A DNA stretch of 64,000 nt. Origin: Tubiluchus corallicola (lineage: Eukaryota; Animalia; Priapulida). Position 1 is the first letter of the stretch; each line of letters opens with the position of its first letter. A program made the position numbers and the translations under genes. The DNA is taken from the NCBI GenBank assembly GCA_030141605.1, contig JAQGDQ010000249.1, positions 30,924-94,923 of the forward strand, written 5' to 3'. This document shows, piece by piece, positions 60,667 through 64,000 of this stretch. The notes under the pieces were generated by a model that was not told the DNA's origin, did not search any database, and saw only the letters and a program-made list of their open reading frames with translations.

Positions 60667-62049
60667 ATGTCATTTGCATCATTTCTCAAAACGTGTGCCA
60701 TTGTTTTTTATTTCCTTGAATGTTTTTGCATCAAAGGAACGTTGTGTAAGACTAAACCAAGGACTGAAAATTGCAACAGACTGTATAACCAGTACAATTT
60801 AGATGTGCTTTATGGTAAAAACTTCAGAACACGGGGTTATTCACTCCATGGAGAGATGCTTCGAGTTGGAGCATGGAGAGACCATCAGATGAACCCATAT
60901 CTAGATCAACTGCTTATGATGCTCAGCCAAGCAGCAAACTTCACGTACAAGGTGACGTACATCAAACGTTTTGAAACTCCAGAAAATATAATTGATACAG
61001 GAGAATTCGACTTGTTATTGGGCTTAGTCACAATGTTACCAGAAAGAACAAAAACTATGACGTTTCTTCACCCACTTGTTTATAGTTCTCATGTATTTAT
61101 CACAAAAAGACACCAATTACAAGGTTTTAGTATAATAGATCCATTCTCCACACCTGTGTGGCTTCTTGTGGTATTATATGGCATAGTTGTGGGTACAATA
61201 CTCTACTATATTGACTACAGCAAAAACCTGCCATACAACAAGGAAGAGATTATAAAATGCAGTAATTGTCAAAGAAAACTGGAAAAACCAGTGATAAAGA
61301 ATGAAAGTAAGGCGTACTTTACTCGGTTCACACTATCGTCGTACCTCCAACAAGGTGGAACATATTTACCACAATGTTTATCCGCTAGAATGCTTATTGG
61401 ATGGTGGTGGATTTTTGCTTGCATCATCACAGCCATGTACACGGGCACACTGGTTAGTAAATTATTTGTAAGCAAGCAAGTTTATCCATTCTCTACGTTG
61501 CAAGAGTTGATAGACAGCGACATAGTTCCTGTTACACTAGGTCAGTTGAGCGGCACCATGCAAATGAAAAACAGGCCTGAATTTAGACAACTGTGGCAGA
61601 GAATGAAAATGGATCCTAATGGACCTGCCGACAGTGCAGAGACGGCATTAGAGCTGACATCTACTGGAAAATACACATTCTTCAACGAAAAGACTTATGC
61701 AAAGATCCACTTAATTAAGGATTATGAATTACACGGAAAATGCAGATTTTCCATTGCTTCATCTTTAAGTTTTTCGACACCATCAGCATTAGTTGTACCA
61801 AAGAAAAGTAACTATACTGAAGTCCTAAATTTTGCTCTTGTTACATTAAAAGAACACGGTCTTGTGGACAAACTGCTACAACAGTTACTGCAGCCTTTGG
61901 AAAAGTGTTTAGACCCCCCTATTCAGCATGTAGGCACGTTATCAATTAATGTGGAGCAACTTAATGTAGTTGTTTGGGTGTTGATGTCTGGAATCGGTGT
62001 AGCATTGTTTACATTTATTAGTGAGCTTGCTTACAAGATGTTTATGTGA
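60667..62049 (+). CDS. iGluR/IR-like channel, copy 13 (460 aa)
   Basis: Full-length paralog; closest to copy 8. Confidence 0.92.
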   Translation: MSFASFLKTCAIVFYFLECFCIKGTLCKTKPRTENCNRLYNQYNLDVLYGKNFRTRGYSLHGEMLRVGAWRDHQMNPYLDQLLMMLSQAANFTYKVTYIKRFETPENIIDTGEFDLLLGLVTMLPERTKTMTFLHPLVYSSHVFITKRHQLQGFSIIDPFSTPVWLLVVLYGIVVGTILYYIDYSKNLPYNKEEIIKCSNCQRKLEKPVIKNESKAYFTRFTLSSYLQQGGTYLPQCLSARMLIGWWWIFACIITAMYTGTLVSKLFVSKQVYPFSTLQELIDSDIVPVTLGQLSGTMQMKNRPEFRQLWQRMKMDPNGPADSAETALELTSTGKYTFFNEKTYAKIHLIKDYELHGKCRFSIASSLSFSTPSALVVPKKSNYTEVLNFALVTLKEHGLVDKLLQQLLQPLEKCLDPPIQHVGTLSINVEQLNVVVWVLMSGIGVALFTFISELAYKMFM

Positions 62050-64000
62050 AAATCAATAGTTTATGTGCTGACCTCATTGCTGAATGATTTGTACATGATA
62101 ATCGTCTATCAGCTAAGAGTGAATATGCTAAATTCAAACTAAATGATGAAATTGATTGGAGTATGTTCCATATGCGAGTAGATGAGATATCTCATAGTAA
62201 ATGTCAGTTGTTTATCTGATACGGTAAACTATGTATAACTTGAACTGGTATAACTCGAATTCTTGCGTATCTCGAACTGGTCTCCTGGACCGTGTTTTTT
62301 CTTTCATTTATCCCTTTAATAAACATCGTGTAACTCGAAATCTGTAACTCAAACTATCGCATAACTTGAACCAAATTTCCGGTACAGTTTTTAAGAATCT
62401 GATTGAAATTACCTCGCCTGTCGGGAACAGCCTCCCAAGCGAGAAGTCCTATGTGAAAGCATTCACCACATTACGATTTTAACTGCTAGTTTCAGCAAAA
62501 ATGCTAAATTTCTTGTGTTACCTTAGCAGAACGCTGCATACGATGTGGCTTAGCAAACATGGTTTAATGTATGTCATAATATTATTATTGCCGAATTCTA
62601 TTAACCGTGCTACTCAGACTACAATACCTGACGTAGACTTGGTGAGATTCTGCCATATACATTTTGTGTTATAACAAATTGCAGCTATGACAGATGACCC
62701 AAATACTAAACTAAAGAAAGCATTACTTAATACTATTTTAAATTAAATGATATTTTAACCTGTTTTGTCATTTTTGAAATCTTAGTAACTTTTAGATTTC
62801 ATCATTCTGATTTTAATCTTTAATCACCTTAATTTTGACTTTATGTAGTTTTGTTCTTAATTACTGTTTAGCAATGATAATTTTAAACATTTAATTTTTT
62901 CTCAATTGGGTATGACTTTTATTAGTACTTTTACTTCGTAGTATTTGTAGTCTAAAATGTTGTTTTACCCCTAATCTAGTTTTGTTACATTTAGTAAATA
63001 ATTTTTAACTGTTTTTCAGTCTTTCAATTTTTCATTTTTCAATTATTCTTTATGAATTTTATGAATTTTAACTTTATGACTCTTACTTGACTTGTTTTTT
63101 GAAACTTATTAACAATTTAAAATTCCTAACTCTTGATGCTTAGGGATTTAATTAAATGTTTATTTTATTTAATATGTGCTATTAATGCGTAATTTTTATT
63201 TGTTTAATTTCACTTTTTGAAATTATCTATTTAAAGTGCTAATCATGCATGGACCATCGTGGAAATATTGTATTATATGCAGTTTTGATCCACATTCATG
63301 TAAAAAAATAAATTTCTGTTCTATTCTAATATTCTTAGGATGATCCATGATTTGTTTAGAGTGAATCCACTTGGCAATTTCAAAGGAGATCTTGTTTGAA
63401 ACTTTTTCTCCCATCCCGTGTTAGTGAAAATTAAAAAAAATTGTAAAAATTAAAAAATCAAAATTTTGAAAATACCAAAAAAGGTGATTTTGTGTCTGTT
63501 AATTCCACATCCTGACCTGACATTTCTTACAACTTTGATCCCAATGTGGAGTGTTAGGAGTTTTCCTTAGATTTATTTATATAACCTGTTGCAACGAAGC
63601 TTTTGTGTTCTTGTGTTGGGATTCATCCAAGGATCGTTTCCAGGATGAACCATTGCTGTTTGATTTGGGATAGATCCACAACACAGTTTGTAAATGCATC
63701 TGTAATTAACTTGTATGATTGGTTTATACTGAGAGTTATTAAAGCATCCAGAAGACATTTGATAATTGATTAAATTTTTTTTCGTAATTCTGAACTTTTC
63801 TCACTTACCTTTTTACTTAATATATATATATATATATATAAATTTCATATGGCTCAATATAGGACAGTGTCTGCATGCATCAGCAGTCGCTGTCTGTACA
63901 AACGTCCCAGTAAACCAGTTTGGAATATTTGTAATGATAAGATCTAAACATGATTTTGACTCTGGTGAAATGTGAGTGGCTTCGTTTATTAATGGACGCA

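Noticed and set aside
21900-61475. Recurrent minus-strand ORFs (MLTNNLLTSVPV..., MLFALSGN..., MYFPVAV...)
   Set aside because: They are antisense to the receptor CDSs and recur only because the genes are duplicated.

Overview
This is AT-rich eukaryotic (animal, probably protostome invertebrate) genomic DNA. Most of it (about 4.9 kb to the window end) is a head-to-tail tandem array of 13 intronless + strand genes, here called copies 1-13, with the upstream spacer of a probable 14th at the right edge. Each gene encodes a ~460-aa minimal ionotropic glutamate receptor / variant Ionotropic Receptor (IR)-like channel: signal peptide, S1, M1, pore loop, M3, S2, M4, with no amino-terminal domain. Eleven copies are intact, one has two 1-nt deletions and one has a nonsense codon. 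The pore and transmembrane core is almost invariant, while variation concentrates at positions that align with the ligand-contacting residues of GluA2. Several copies are S1/S2 mosaics, and one carries a genomically encoded Arg at the Q/R-site equivalent. An intact 2,550-bp hAT transposon (19-bp TIRs, 8-bp TSD, 680-aa transposase) sits in one spacer. A hAT-type MITE, LINE relics and tandem repeats are also present. Missing from the ORF track is the terminal coding exon of a PLA2G6/iPLA2-beta-like gene on the - strand at 1844-2065. I found no upstream exon for it in the window, which suggests the receptor array may be nested antisense in a very large intron. All family assignments come from motif recognition by eye; no database search was run.
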